IMG/VR virus record: IMGVR_UViG_3300027708_000012
Location: 1-64,000 of that record
Length of the DNA stretch: 64,000 nucleotides
Reading direction: 5' to 3' (one strand)
Shown: in pieces, positions 24,323 through 34,771 of the stretch
How positions within the stretch are numbered: position 1 is the stretch's first letter
Layout: each line of letters opens with the position of its first letter
The notes under the pieces: model-generated
Seen by the model: the letters and a program-made list of their open reading frames with translations, nothing else
Told to the model about the DNA's origin: nothing
Database searches by the model: none
Program-made: the position numbers and the translations under genes

Positions 24323-25318
24323 TTATGCTTTTTGACGATTGCGAATCATTGCCAAGATGTCTTGGGCACGTGAATCGCCACCTGCACTTGCTTCAGCTTT
24401 CGATGCTGATGCAGGTGTGGCCTTTGGTGCTGGAGCAGGAGTGTCATCTTCTGCGTCGTCGTGTGCTACTGGAGCACTTGCTTTAGGAGTTGATCGATTA
24501 GGATCACCAGTGTTTTGTGACATACCGGCTGGTTTGAAATACTGTCCCCAACGATCCATATCATATGGTTCGCCATCAACACTTGCTTCAAACATTTCTT
24601 TCATAACCTTTAATTCAACTTCACCTGGTTTCTTAGGCAAAAAGTCTGACAAATTGTACAAGCCATGTTGTTTAATTGCCGCTTGTTCGCTGTCGCTTAG
24701 TGGACGTTCACGACGTGCCCAGCTTGATGTTGAATAGTCAGCATAGCCGCCTTTTGAACCTTTCTTCATACGATAGTCCAAACCATGTACAAAGTCAGTT
24801 GGCAAATCTTCCAACTCTGGATCAACCAAAGCTGCACGGATGCTTGTAAAGATTTGTGGGCCAATGATGAAACGGCGGATTGGATTTTCTGGTTGTTCAT
24901 CAGTCTTTTCGCCAAGTCCGTCTTCAACAACGAAACCTTGGAAAATGTATGAACGCTTTTTCCAGTACTTACGCCCCATATCTTCTAGTGCTGGGTCTTT
25001 GAACCATGCGCGAACCTCTGAAAGGATTGGGCAAGTTGAACCATCGTTGTACATTTCTACGCAAGGTACTTGTACTGTAATGTTTTTGCTTTCTGATTCA
25101 CCTTTGATTCCAGAGAATGGCAATTTGATCATTGCTCGTTCTACCCAGAAAAAAGTGTTGTCGGTGTTACCATCTGGTAAGAATCGCATAACGGATTCGC
25201 CACCTTCTTTAAGATTCCAAAACGGATAAATTGATTTATCTCCGCCGGAACGTTGATTGTCTGAACCTTTCGATTCCGATGCCTTGAGCTTTGCTCTAAT
25301 TTCTGCCAAAGTTGCCAT
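24323..25318 (-). CDS. gp32: single-stranded DNA-binding protein (T4 gp32-like)
   Basis: RFLP, CPI...W, YWKKRSY, KG..GYADYS; acidic/low-complexity tail; next to uvsX. Confidence 0.85.
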   Translation of the reverse strand: MATLAEIRAKLKASESKGSDNQRSGGDKSIYPFWNLKEGGESVMRFLPDGNTDNTFFWVERAMIKLPFSGIKGESESKNITVQVPCVEMYNDGSTCPILSEVRAWFKDPALEDMGRKYWKKRSYIFQGFVVEDGLGEKTDEQPENPIRRFIIGPQIFTSIRAALVDPELEDLPTDFVHGLDYRMKKGSKGGYADYSTSSWARRERPLSDSEQAAIKQHGLYNLSDFLPKKPGEVELKVMKEMFEASVDGEPYDMDRWGQYFKPAGMSQNTGDPNRSTPKASAPVAHDDAEDDTPAPAPKATPASASKAEASAGGDSRAQDILAMIRNRQKA

Positions 25319-25405
25319 AATAATCTCCTATTGTTAGCCTTTGTTTACTACTATTTTGCCTATAATTACTTTACACCCTTGCAAAGTAAAAAACGCATAC
25401 ATGTT

Positions 25406-25434
25406 ATTGTATACGTTTTTATTTAGCTTTGCAA
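25406..25434 (-). promoter_or_regulatory. sigma70-type promoter for gp32-uvsX-uvsY
   Basis: TTGCAA-N17-TACAAT on the - strand; a CTAAATA late box lies within its spacer. Confidence 0.6.
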
Positions 25435-25470
25435 GAGAAATCTTGCCTAGAATATGAGTATTTTACTCAA

Positions 25471-26388
25471 TTATCTATGATGCACCAAGCTAATAATTCT
25501 ACTCAATTCATCATTTTTAAAGTTAGTGCTTTCCATTGTGGCACCAGCACCTAAACCGTTTGTCCCAGCTGCTGGAGCGGCAGGTGCCGCCGCAGGTGCC
25601 GCCGCAGGTGCCGCCGCAGGTGCTGGTGGAATAAATCCTGTTGGTTTTTGGAATTCTCCTTTACCTTGCAATTTATTACTTATAGTATTCAATACACCTT
25701 TGTTTTGTGGCAAGTTAGGATTGCTTCCTGGCATGTATTGTTTGCCGTCTGGACCAACAACCATTGTGCTACCGTCTGGACGGGTAATAGTTGTATTGCC
25801 CTCGTCATCGCCAACCGCTGTCATTCCTGGTGCAGGTGCTGCGGCAGGAGCTGCAGGTGCTGCAGGTGCCGCAGGCGTTGTTGCTGGGGCGGCTGGCGTT
25901 GCTGTTGGTTTTGCTTGGTTAGCTGGATTTTCTAAACCACCTGTTGGAATTGCTGTTGCAGCATTTGTAGTACCAACTGGATTTTTTGCGGCATCACCTG
26001 CTGGTGCTGCGGGTGTTGTTGTTCCAGTCGGTGCTGCCGCAGGTGCTGGTTGTGCACCTCCGTATTGTTTGATAGCAGCTTGTGTCGCCGGACCCATGAT
26101 ACCATCAGCTTTAATTTTTGCACCTTTAGCAATTAAATCTTGTTGTTGTTTTAAAACAGCTGGATCTGATTTTGCTGCTGGCTTTGCAGCCGGAGCAGGT
26201 GCTGCCGCATTGGCTTTATTTGCAATGGCCGCGCCGCCTGCTGCCGCGCCGCCGAGGCCCAATGCGCCACCGACCCACTTTGCCGCATCACCAAAAGCGC
26301 CTTCTGTTTGCTGATTTTCAACAGCAGCAATATACTCTCTGAGTTTTGCTGAGCGATTTCTTAGTTCTGATTCTGTAATTTTTTTCAT
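25471..26388 (-). CDS. Ala/Pro-rich virion protein with peptidoglycan-binding-like motif
   Basis: DPAVLKQQQDLIAKGAKIKADGIMGPATQAAIKQY resembles PG_binding_1; AAPA linkers. Confidence 0.7.
   Translation of the reverse strand: MKKITESELRNRSAKLREYIAAVENQQTEGAFGDAAKWVGGALGLGGAAAGGAAIANKANAAAPAPAAKPAAKSDPAVLKQQQDLIAKGAKIKADGIMGPATQAAIKQYGGAQPAPAAAPTGTTTPAAPAGDAAKNPVGTTNAATAIPTGGLENPANQAKPTATPAAPATTPAAPAAPAAPAAAPAPGMTAVGDDEGNTTITRPDGSTMVVGPDGKQYMPGSNPNLPQNKGVLNTISNKLQGKGEFQKPTGFIPPAPAAAPAAAPAAAPAAPAAGTNGLGAGATMESTNFKNDELSRIISLVHHR
25586..25621. repeat. 12-bp tandem repeat x3 (GCCGCCGCAGGT), encoding PAAA/AAPA
   Basis: Seen directly. Confidence 0.9.
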
Positions 26389-26400
26389 AATATTTCCTTA

Positions 26401-28869
26401 TTATCTTAAACCTGCAATTTTTAACATTGCTGTTAGTTCAGTTGACTCTTCAAAATTAAAATCTGTATTACTGACTCTACGATTGCCGCCAGTTTGTTGT
26501 TGACGAACCGCTGGATCCCAAGATACCTTTGGTGCTTGTCGTTGTTTTAACATTTGTTGAGCTTTACCTAGCTCTGGATGCTGTGCCATAAATGCATCAT
26601 GCTCTGCTTTGTTAACCGACTTACCGTTAACTGTATAGCTTGATGAGTTAGACCCGCCTTGTGGCATCTGCGGCATATCAGGCATTTTTGGCATATTCAT
26701 ACCTTTCATCATTCCGCCCATATCAGGCATATCAAACCCGCTTTCGTCTGCTACTTGGTTGTGCATACCGGCTAAATGTCGAATGTGACCTAATTCGCTA
26801 CTAGTGTCGCCACTTGGATCCATTTTATCAATCATATGTAATACTTGTTGCAAATCTTCTTCGCTAGCATTACCAAACTCACCATTTTTAAAATCTTTAA
26901 CTACTTTAGTCTTAGCACGAGTTCCGCCGATAGTAAAGTTTTTAGCTTCTTTATTCCAGAATCCTGAAATACTTTTTAACATTTGATCTACACCACTTTC
27001 ATTCTCATCTTGGCCGAATCCAAAATCTTTTGGATCCATACCGCATTCAATAATACAGTCGTGTAATGTTTTTTCTTTGTCGCCAAAATCTAGTGTTGTA
27101 TCTAATTGAGCACCGTGTTTTTTAGCTGTATGAATAGCTTTAATTAAACCAGCTCTAGCTAAATGTCGAGCTGTGCTATAACCTTGTCCATGTTTGCCAG
27201 CTTTGGCAATGGGGTTTTTTCTTGGAGGATCTGGATCGAATGGAGGATCTTCATCACTACCTTCTGCAACTGGAGCTGGTTGTTCAGGAGCAGGAGCTGC
27301 TGCCGCAGGAGCTTCTGGTGCTGGTGCTGGTGCCGCAGGAGCTTCTGGTGCAGGCGCTGGTGCTGCTGCCGCAGGAGGAACTTCTTCCCCACCAACTGGT
27401 GTTTCATTTCCTGCAGAATCTAACGATTTACTGGCTACTATACCCTGTGCAATATCTTTAATATCACCAATATCTGCACCTTGAATACTGTCATCAGTAA
27501 TTTTTCCTGTAGCTAAATCTTGAAAATATTTCTTTACCATTGTTCCGACATCGTCATTATCTGACATGCCGTCTAAATAATCGCTAGCAAATAATGGACT
27601 ATCGATAATGCCTTTTAAACTTAAAGATGCATTGACTCCGTCTACACCTGGTTTTAAATCACCGGCAATTAAACTTTTTAATTTGTTAAGAGCCTTAGAT
27701 TGTTTGTCCATATCGGCGCTGAATATTTCGTTCTCGCCTTCTTGTTCCCCATCTTCAACAATACTATTAATAAAGTTTTCAAATTGATCTTCTGGATCTT
27801 CGCTTACTTTTTTTGCTTTCTTTTTGGCAATCGCAATAGCTGCTTGCTGTGCTGGACTACCTGCTTCGTCTAATAAATCATCTGCCGATAATTCTTTAAC
27901 GGCTATATTCTCGCCAACTAGGCGATAGATATAAGGAAATGCTGTTTTTAATTCTTCATTGAATGTACGAATTGTTAAACGATCAATCCAATCATTTAAT
28001 ATTTCTTCTGGAATTTCTTGAGATTCGTTTGCTGTAAAACTTTCTGCAAATTGTTGATAGTAAGTAGGACGTTGCAAACTTTGTACTTCTTTCTTTACTG
28101 ATTCAATGCGTTCATTAACACGACCGTTGATATCGTCCATAGCTTCTGACAATGTAGCATTACGTCCAACATAATTTTTAAATTTACGTAGTTGTGCTAG
28201 TTCTTCACTTAGGCTAGTAATATGTTGACCAATACCGTCATAAGGATTGCCACCAGCTTTTAAATGTTCTGCTAGAGCGCGAGCACCATTTAAATGTTTA
28301 TAAGGATACTTGAAACGTTCGCCGTCTGCATTTTCAACCCAAATACCTTCAATATGCATTGTGCGGCCAGCAGCTAAATCTACGTTAATAGGTTGACTAT
28401 GTTTAACAATTAACTTAGCCTCTCCTAAATCCTGATAACTCATACGGGCTGTGCCATACATCTTACTTTCCATCATTGGTTCCATGGTTTCTTCCTTGGG
28501 TTTTGCTTGAAATGCGTAATCGCGCTTGTCTAACTCGCTTTTTCCTATATTTTGTATATCAAATTTAAGTAATCGGTCTTTGGCAAACGATCTAAAACTT
28601 CTAATGAATCTAAATGCTCCGTGATGTTTGCTATCTGCAAGATTACCGCTAATTTGTACAACAACACCGTCATCTTCATCTAACGTAATAGCTACATTAC
28701 CTAAACTTTTACCGTTATCAGTATATTCAAACTCAAAGAATCGTGCCTTAGGTATATCAGTTTTTTTACTAAGTACCTCGGCGTTTTCATCTCCTATTTT
28801 TACATTAGGAAAGCGGGTTTCTATCTTGCCATAAAGGTCTAAAGCAATTTTATCTAGATTCGTATTCAT
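26401..28869 (-). CDS. large putative head/internal virion protein (822 aa)
   Basis: ATAAATA box; multiple LxE/IxE sites; C-terminal ELTAMLKIAGLR. Confidence 0.75.
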   Translation of the reverse strand: MNTNLDKIALDLYGKIETRFPNVKIGDENAEVLSKKTDIPKARFFEFEYTDNGKSLGNVAITLDEDDGVVVQISGNLADSKHHGAFRFIRSFRSFAKDRLLKFDIQNIGKSELDKRDYAFQAKPKEETMEPMMESKMYGTARMSYQDLGEAKLIVKHSQPINVDLAAGRTMHIEGIWVENADGERFKYPYKHLNGARALAEHLKAGGNPYDGIGQHITSLSEELAQLRKFKNYVGRNATLSEAMDDINGRVNERIESVKKEVQSLQRPTYYQQFAESFTANESQEIPEEILNDWIDRLTIRTFNEELKTAFPYIYRLVGENIAVKELSADDLLDEAGSPAQQAAIAIAKKKAKKVSEDPEDQFENFINSIVEDGEQEGENEIFSADMDKQSKALNKLKSLIAGDLKPGVDGVNASLSLKGIIDSPLFASDYLDGMSDNDDVGTMVKKYFQDLATGKITDDSIQGADIGDIKDIAQGIVASKSLDSAGNETPVGGEEVPPAAAAPAPAPEAPAAPAPAPEAPAAAAPAPEQPAPVAEGSDEDPPFDPDPPRKNPIAKAGKHGQGYSTARHLARAGLIKAIHTAKKHGAQLDTTLDFGDKEKTLHDCIIECGMDPKDFGFGQDENESGVDQMLKSISGFWNKEAKNFTIGGTRAKTKVVKDFKNGEFGNASEEDLQQVLHMIDKMDPSGDTSSELGHIRHLAGMHNQVADESGFDMPDMGGMMKGMNMPKMPDMPQMPQGGSNSSSYTVNGKSVNKAEHDAFMAQHPELGKAQQMLKQRQAPKVSWDPAVRQQQTGGNRRVSNTDFNFEESTELTAMLKIAGLR

Positions 28870-28879
28870 CTTATATTTA

Positions 28880-30478
28880 TCACATTCCCGTTGATATATA
28901 GATCGGTAAGGGCGGTTCCCAATCTTCTCCGTCTATTTCGCTAGCAATTCTCATAAGTTCAAATACAGCAGGATCCCATTCAGCTAGTAGCAGACTCATA
29001 CGAACTATTAGTAATAACGATGCTACTAAATCGTCATGTTGCCCTTCTTTAGCTTTGAAACTTGTTCCTGCCGCAATATAAGTCTTTAATTCGCTGATTA
29101 AAGGGCGACTATTCAGCTTCATTTTATCTTCTTCTATAAGATATTTAACTTTTGCACAGGTTGATATTTTAGATCCAAACGTAGTATTAAATCCTTTGCG
29201 GAATTTTTTAACATGTCCTTTGCGCATTGGCTCACTTAAAAATAATCCTGGAAATGTTTCTTCTCCTAGATTATCAATGACAACTAATGCACTTTCACCT
29301 ACTGTATTATTTTCTACACTCCAGTAAATCTGATTAAAACTATCGCCGCCGAGTTCGTTAGATATGTATATGAGAATATCTCGTAATATTTTAACTTGTT
29401 GTTGTATTGGTGTAATATTATGTTGCCACTCTGCTATCTGTGTCATACTTGGCATTTCAAATACTTCAATGGCACCATAGTCTCCGCCTGTTCCTAAGCT
29501 AGGATCTAATGCAATAAGATATACATTACCTGCTTCTGGCTTTTTCCACCAACGGACTTGTCCTTGTTTAAATGCAGGTTCTCTACCGTTAAGTTCAACT
29601 AGTTTAAGTGAATTAATAAGTGTTTCATCAAACACCAAGAACTCGCAACCGTACTCACGACGAAAACGTTCTTCACCAATACGTCCCATTTCAGTGCGTT
29701 TCCATTCTTCGTCACGATCCGGATGTTCGTGCCATTCAGCACGGAATCCGTGGAATCCATTGCGACCTGTTCCGTCTTCTTTTTCATCGCCATATTCGTC
29801 AAACTTGTCCTGACTATCTTTCCAAATTATTGCGAATTCGTCTTCATCACTGTTCGGAGTGCTTGTAATGATTGCTCGTCCACCCGTTGCCAGGGTTGGC
29901 GATATTGATGTCCAAAATTCAGTTGCAATGTTAGGTTGTACGAAAGCAAACTCATCGCAATATAGTAAGGATATGGACATACCACGACCGGTATTACCAG
30001 TAGTAGTAGCTGATACAATTCTTGATCCGTTGTCAAATTCTATACTCCCTTTGTTGTAGTTGACCACTCCGGAACGAATATAATCGTCACAGAGTTCGTA
30101 TCCATAACGAATACGTTGCATAATTTCCTGCGAGCCCGTGTACTTGTGTGCGGCAACCAGAATTGTTTGATCTGGGTGAAACATAGCATACCATAGCAAG
30201 TATGCACTTGCACAGGTTGTTTTTCCACTTTGTCGCGGCAACATGTTAATGTTGAAACGATAATTGTGATACGCTTGCAACAATCTTATCTGATAATCAA
30301 AAGGCTCAAATTTAACTTTACCTTTGACAGGATGCTGAATATGAAAGAAGTGTTTGGCAAAATGCAAATAGCCTTCTTTGGGGTCAGCACATGCCAACAA
30401 GTGTTTAACTTGTTCCTCTGTGAACTTTTCTTTTGTGTGCGCCTTTTTGGTCAGTACGCCATCTAAACTTTTTGCCAT
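28880..30478 (-). CDS. gp17: terminase large subunit
   Basis: PRQSGKTT, LYCDEFAF, ITSTPNS, ALDPSLG.GGDY, HDDLV. Confidence 0.95.
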   Translation of the reverse strand: MAKSLDGVLTKKAHTKEKFTEEQVKHLLACADPKEGYLHFAKHFFHIQHPVKGKVKFEPFDYQIRLLQAYHNYRFNINMLPRQSGKTTCASAYLLWYAMFHPDQTILVAAHKYTGSQEIMQRIRYGYELCDDYIRSGVVNYNKGSIEFDNGSRIVSATTTGNTGRGMSISLLYCDEFAFVQPNIATEFWTSISPTLATGGRAIITSTPNSDEDEFAIIWKDSQDKFDEYGDEKEDGTGRNGFHGFRAEWHEHPDRDEEWKRTEMGRIGEERFRREYGCEFLVFDETLINSLKLVELNGREPAFKQGQVRWWKKPEAGNVYLIALDPSLGTGGDYGAIEVFEMPSMTQIAEWQHNITPIQQQVKILRDILIYISNELGGDSFNQIYWSVENNTVGESALVVIDNLGEETFPGLFLSEPMRKGHVKKFRKGFNTTFGSKISTCAKVKYLIEEDKMKLNSRPLISELKTYIAAGTSFKAKEGQHDDLVASLLLIVRMSLLLAEWDPAVFELMRIASEIDGEDWEPPLPIYISTGM

Positions 30479-30492
30479 AACACTATTTAATC

Positions 30493-30520
30493 AAAAAAAT
30501 AGACCCCGAAGGGTCTATTT
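30493..30520 (-). terminator. intrinsic terminator (C-UUCG-G loop on - strand)
   Basis: AAATAGACCC-TTCG-GGGTCTATTT plus T-run. Confidence 0.85.
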
Positions 30521-30535
30521 GGCACCTTGATAAAC

Positions 30536-31762
30536 TTATCCGTTTAATCGCTTGTTCAGTGCCAACATTTGGGATACAGATTCGTCTAGTCTGCCATCTG
30601 CTTCTGCTGATTTTAGCAAATCTGCACGATCTTTATAGCTACCAGGCATGCGATGTCCTTTGGCTGTATTAGCGCCTGGTTCACTTTTTATGTAAGCATC
30701 GGCTTTCTTATATTCGCTAGGTTTGCCTGCTCTCTTATCTATCCCATGTTGTATTCTACTTCCTTGATTTGCATAATCATATGTGGCATTATGATTGTCA
30801 TCATAGTAATTCTTGTTCATCATGGTGTCTGCTTTTTTTACCGCTCGTTTTATCAACTGAGGACTTAGTTCATCTAATCTGCCATCTGCTTCGGCTGATT
30901 TTAACAAATCAGCACGATCTTTATAACTGCCAGGTTTGATATCTTTTGCAGCTTCTTTCTCGCCTTTTGTAGGATTCTTGATGTGCTTTAGTGTTTGTTT
31001 TGCAGCATATGCTTTTTCTTTTCGGTCGGTATCTTTATCTTTAAATGCACCTTCTTCCATGTCTTCATAATCTTTAGGATCATGTTCCTCATAATGGTAA
31101 TACTCTAATGCTTCTTGGCGGCTCCATCCGTATTTTCGCATCAAGTGTCGAATCTTTTTCTCCTCGTCGTCATGATGAGCATTTTCTTTAATTGTTTCAT
31201 ACATTGCTGTCAATTTATCAACTAGTGATTCGTGCATCGGGTGGCGCATTGCATTTGTTCCAGGTGCGCGAGCTAACGGACTTAGTTTGCCTTTGCTATT
31301 CATATCGTCGCCGCTGAATGTGACAGCATCAACACCGTGTGTATGTGCGCCAGCATCGCCGTGTACGCTGTTAGCCCAAGTTTCTCCAACATCATCTTGC
31401 ACTTCTTCCATGCTTTCTTCGGGGCCTTGTTCTTCTTCGTGAGCCATGTGCGCAACCATATCACCAATAAGTGGCTCGTCATCATCGTGACCTACAGTTG
31501 TTGCAGGACCGTCCTCAATGTCACGTAAAATTCTCATTAAGTCTTTTACACCACCTGCGCCTGAACCATTTAGACTTACATTCATTGTAACATTATCAGG
31601 CTGCTTTGGAGGTTCGTCGTGGCTCATGCTCATCATTCCTGGCATAGGTAAAGATATACCCATCATTTCTTCTGTCGCTGGACCATCAGTGTGTACAGGA
31701 GCAACAGGCGCGGCATTTTCTTCAATTGCCTGTAGTCTAGTCATCAAATCTTTAAAATTCAT
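30536..31762 (-). CDS. putative internal head protein with 22-aa repeat
   Basis: MNFKDLMTRLQAIEE start; PGSYKDRADLLKSAEADGRLDE occurs twice. Confidence 0.75.
   Translation of the reverse strand: MNFKDLMTRLQAIEENAAPVAPVHTDGPATEEMMGISLPMPGMMSMSHDEPPKQPDNVTMNVSLNGSGAGGVKDLMRILRDIEDGPATTVGHDDDEPLIGDMVAHMAHEEEQGPEESMEEVQDDVGETWANSVHGDAGAHTHGVDAVTFSGDDMNSKGKLSPLARAPGTNAMRHPMHESLVDKLTAMYETIKENAHHDDEEKKIRHLMRKYGWSRQEALEYYHYEEHDPKDYEDMEEGAFKDKDTDRKEKAYAAKQTLKHIKNPTKGEKEAAKDIKPGSYKDRADLLKSAEADGRLDELSPQLIKRAVKKADTMMNKNYYDDNHNATYDYANQGSRIQHGIDKRAGKPSEYKKADAYIKSEPGANTAKGHRMPGSYKDRADLLKSAEADGRLDESVSQMLALNKRLNG
30581..30934 (-). repeat. 66-bp intragenic direct repeat (30581-30646 and 30869-30934)
   Basis: Identical peptide with synonymous differences at the DNA level. 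Confidence 0.9.
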
Positions 31763-32280
31763 TATTTTGCTCCTTGAAACAACTTGTCATTAACACCTTT
31801 AACTTCTGTGCCTGCATGTTTGTCTTTGTTTAATTCTTTTAGAAAACTCATGTTATATTTTTCACCGTACATGTTGCTATTATTTTCTGGCTCGTAGTCA
31901 GTTCCTACAATAGCTTCTCCTGTAGGTGTATCGTGTTGATGATTAATAACATATTCAGCTTCTTCACCTAATGTTTTTACTTTAACATTGGCTTGTCCCA
32001 TTCCTAATCCGCTAGCAATTCTTTCTCGGACTTGCATACTATTTGCTGGGTAATCCAATGTAACATCAAATATTGTCATTTGAATATTTTTGTGTTCAGG
32101 GAATTCACTATGACGTTCCTGAATAGGAGTACGTCTAGGTGCGCTGACACCAGTTACGTGAAATTCAGCTAATGCAGCTTTGATCTGTTGTCCGCAATCT
32201 TTTGGACATTCTCCAGCAATTTTTACTTTAAATTCGTAAATTTTCTTGCTTTCTGTTAAGTAGTTTTTAAATGATTTCAT
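31762..32280 (-). CDS. hypothetical virion protein
   Basis: MKSFKNYLTES N-terminus; late box. Confidence 0.75.
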   Translation of the reverse strand: MKSFKNYLTESKKIYEFKVKIAGECPKDCGQQIKAALAEFHVTGVSAPRRTPIQERHSEFPEHKNIQMTIFDVTLDYPANSMQVRERIASGLGMGQANVKVKTLGEEAEYVINHQHDTPTGEAIVGTDYEPENNSNMYGEKYNMSFLKELNKDKHAGTEVKGVNDKLFQGAK

Positions 32281-32300
32281 AATAGGATCCAGTATTGTAT

Positions 32301-32783
32301 TTATTTCATATTCTTTAATTTCTCAAGGAGGCTGTTACGATCTGTGATAATAACACCGTCGCCTTGGATATCGATACTATTATCCACTCCTAGTGCGTCC
32401 TGGTCAATTTTTTGTTTTTTCAGTTGCAAATCAATCATTTTAAGTTTTTTGTCTAGTTTGGCACTTTTAGCACTGATAGCATGCCCTAGCATACTGGCCG
32501 CCACTTCAAAAAGTCGACCGCTGTAACGTGCTTCTACGTTCATACCTAAGTCCATGATGTCTTCGTAAGCATCTTTGGCTTTTTGTGCTAGTTCGTCTAG
32601 TTCGGCATCTCCAGCATCTCCTAAGCCTTTAACTTGTGGTAATGCCGCTGATATTTTATCAAATTCTGACATGTCGCGGATAAACGGCTGAGCTATTTCA
32701 GCTTTGCGCTGTTCTTTTGCTTCCTGCTTAACAATCTTCTTGCTTTCAGGTAAATCGAGGATTTCTTCTAATCGTTTAGTCAT
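32301..32783 (-). CDS. putative terminase small subunit
   Basis: Helical; R.FEVAASML...KL...LQ.K...DRNSLLEKL resembles the gp16 pattern; near terL and gp4. Confidence 0.5.
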   Translation of the reverse strand: MTKRLEEILDLPESKKIVKQEAKEQRKAEIAQPFIRDMSEFDKISAALPQVKGLGDAGDAELDELAQKAKDAYEDIMDLGMNVEARYSGRLFEVAASMLGHAISAKSAKLDKKLKMIDLQLKKQKIDQDALGVDNSIDIQGDGVIITDRNSLLEKLKNMK

Positions 32784-32797
32784 ACACTTACTTATTC

Positions 32798-33229
32798 TCA
32801 GACTTGGCTGAATATATCATTTTCGTTAAGAATGCGAAATTTTATACCTTGTTGCTGACACCACATATTTGCAGCTTTCCATTTAGCTTGATTTTTAATA
32901 AACTGTGCTTGATTGTATTTGTTTTTGCCAACACGTTCTAATATAGTTTGGCTAGCTGGTTTTATTTCAATTAGCTCAGTAATCATACGTCCTCTTTTAT
33001 CAAGATATTGGATAAAAAAATCTGGAACGTATACAGTTTGTCTAGCTGTTAGTGGATCTCTATAGGGTATTTGTATTGCTTCGCTGGCCCATTTAATTAT
33101 GCTTTTATTGTTGTCACAAAAGTTCATAAATGTCCATTCCCAACTACTACGATATGTTGGCGTTTTGGTACCAACGTATTTTTCAGGATGTTTTATGGCA
33201 AACTTGCCACGTGCAAATTTGCTGGACAT
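32798..33229 (-). CDS. gp4: head completion nuclease (T4 gp4, TnsA-like)
   Basis: KYVG...YRSSWE, WASE.I.IPY, YVPDF, EIKP, N.AKW.AA. Confidence 0.9.
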   Translation of the reverse strand: MSSKFARGKFAIKHPEKYVGTKTPTYRSSWEWTFMNFCDNNKSIIKWASEAIQIPYRDPLTARQTVYVPDFFIQYLDKRGRMITELIEIKPASQTILERVGKNKYNQAQFIKNQAKWKAANMWCQQQGIKFRILNENDIFSQV

Positions 33230-33230
33230 A

Positions 33231-33596
33231 TTAGACTAAGATATTTCTAGATTCAAATGTATTGTCAACAGTAGCAGTTCGATATCCTAACAAACTTGTT
33301 TTATCTCTGCTTGCATTTAAAACTTGTGCTACAATTTGACTTAGTTGTATATCTGTTAGACTCTTAACTGAGTCTAATAATTTAAAAACATCTACACCTT
33401 CAGATCTTGCCTGATTCAACAATACAATAGCAACTGATCCTGCTGATGCTTGGTCAAATCCTCGTCTTACAAAAAATGCAACTGTTGCATCAATCTGCTC
33501 AGCTGGAAAACTTACTGTTTTAGTAAATGAATTATTAAAAAACGTTTTTACATTACTGAACGATTCTTTTGGTTGTGGTAGATTAGTTGTTGTCAT
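33231..33596 (-). CDS. hypothetical structural protein
   Basis: 121 aa in the tail operon. Confidence 0.75.
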   Translation of the reverse strand: MTTTNLPQPKESFSNVKTFFNNSFTKTVSFPAEQIDATVAFFVRRGFDQASAGSVAIVLLNQARSEGVDVFKLLDSVKSLTDIQLSQIVAQVLNASRDKTSLLGYRTATVDNTFESRNILV

Positions 33597-33598
33597 GA

Positions 33599-34771
33599 TT
33601 AAAAGTCATAAGAATAGTCTGCGGTATCTTGATCTTCGGCACTACTAGGGTTGTCTGGTGTACCAACTGGTGCTTCAGTGTCCTCTGGTGTTGCTTCAGT
33701 GTTCTCGTCGCCGGTGTTTGGAGAAGCATTATCGTATCCGCTAGTTTCATCATTTGACGGATCTTCGCCAATATTTGCAGAATCTGTTCCTGCGGTTCCT
33801 GCTTGTGTGTTACCACTATTAGTTGAACTTGCACCCGGGAAACTAAATCCAGATAAACCGCTTACAGCACTACCTATTAGTTTAGCGCCAATACTAACAG
33901 CTGCGCCTACTGCAAGCGATCCTAAAATAAGACCAGTAGGATTTTGATAATTTCCAACGGTGTTAATTACATTATTAAGAATTCCACCGCCTAGTGAGTT
34001 CAGTGCTGTTTGTCCAGCAAAACTTACATTATTTCCTGCTGGGCCGCCTGCTATAGGGCTCGGTGTATGATCGTAATGACTGGTGCCAAATCCTTCAGGG
34101 TTTCCGTTGCCAATATCACCGGCATCGTAACTTACAGCTTCGTACATAATTTTCATATCAAAATCGTGTACACCTGTTTCGGAGTACGCTACTTTATTAT
34201 GATTAAAACTAGTTATCATAGGATTCCATAACTGATGTAACACATACTCGTGTCGAGCCATTTGATAAATTTTTATATAATTAAAAAATGGTCGTGTGCT
34301 TCCGTTATCAAAACCATAATTTCCTGGCATTGCTGAAGAATACGCCTTTGTTGCATTTCTTTCATATGCCCCTGGAGTCCATGCCGTTGTTGGATCGGCA
34401 TAGTAATATTTGTAATAGGCTTGCCATAACTGATTAATTACACCTAAATTATCATCGTGAAATTTGATTCCAATTTCACCAGGTGTATGTGATGTTTGTA
34501 CAAGTTTTTTTCTGTTGTACTGATTAAGCATCTGCGTGTTAATTTTATAGTTAGGTAAATCAATACTTTTAACTAACATGTTTATTTCTTCACTGTGTCT
34601 TTGCACTAGTGTAGCATTACCTAATGCTACTCGATTAATTCCAAATGCTACATGGAATAAAAAACTATGCTTGGGTGCAAGTCTAAATTGATCAACATTA
34701 AACAGATGGTCAGCATGTTGCTGATCTCGTAAAATTGCTGTTCCTTTTGATGAAGAGTTGTATGATGCCAT
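33599..34771 (-). CDS. tail tube-like / baseplate tube initiator protein (gp54/gp48-like)
   Basis: KSIDLP, NQYNRK, FHDD, WNPMITSF resemble the tube fold; downstream of the tube gene. Confidence 0.6.
   Translation of the reverse strand: MASYNSSSKGTAILRDQQHADHLFNVDQFRLAPKHSFLFHVAFGINRVALGNATLVQRHSEEINMLVKSIDLPNYKINTQMLNQYNRKKLVQTSHTPGEIGIKFHDDNLGVINQLWQAYYKYYYADPTTAWTPGAYERNATKAYSSAMPGNYGFDNGSTRPFFNYIKIYQMARHEYVLHQLWNPMITSFNHNKVAYSETGVHDFDMKIMYEAVSYDAGDIGNGNPEGFGTSHYDHTPSPIAGGPAGNNVSFAGQTALNSLGGGILNNVINTVGNYQNPTGLILGSLAVGAAVSIGAKLIGSAVSGLSGFSFPGASSTNSGNTQAGTAGTDSANIGEDPSNDETSGYDNASPNTGDENTEATPEDTEAPVGTPDNPSSAEDQDTADYSYDF

Noticed and set aside
25526-27484. Long + strand Ala/Gly-rich ORFs (25526-26314, 27194-27484 and similar shadows at 10055, 33651, 52865)
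   Set aside because: Antisense shadows of Ala/Pro/Thr-rich genes whose codons lack stops on the opposite strand.
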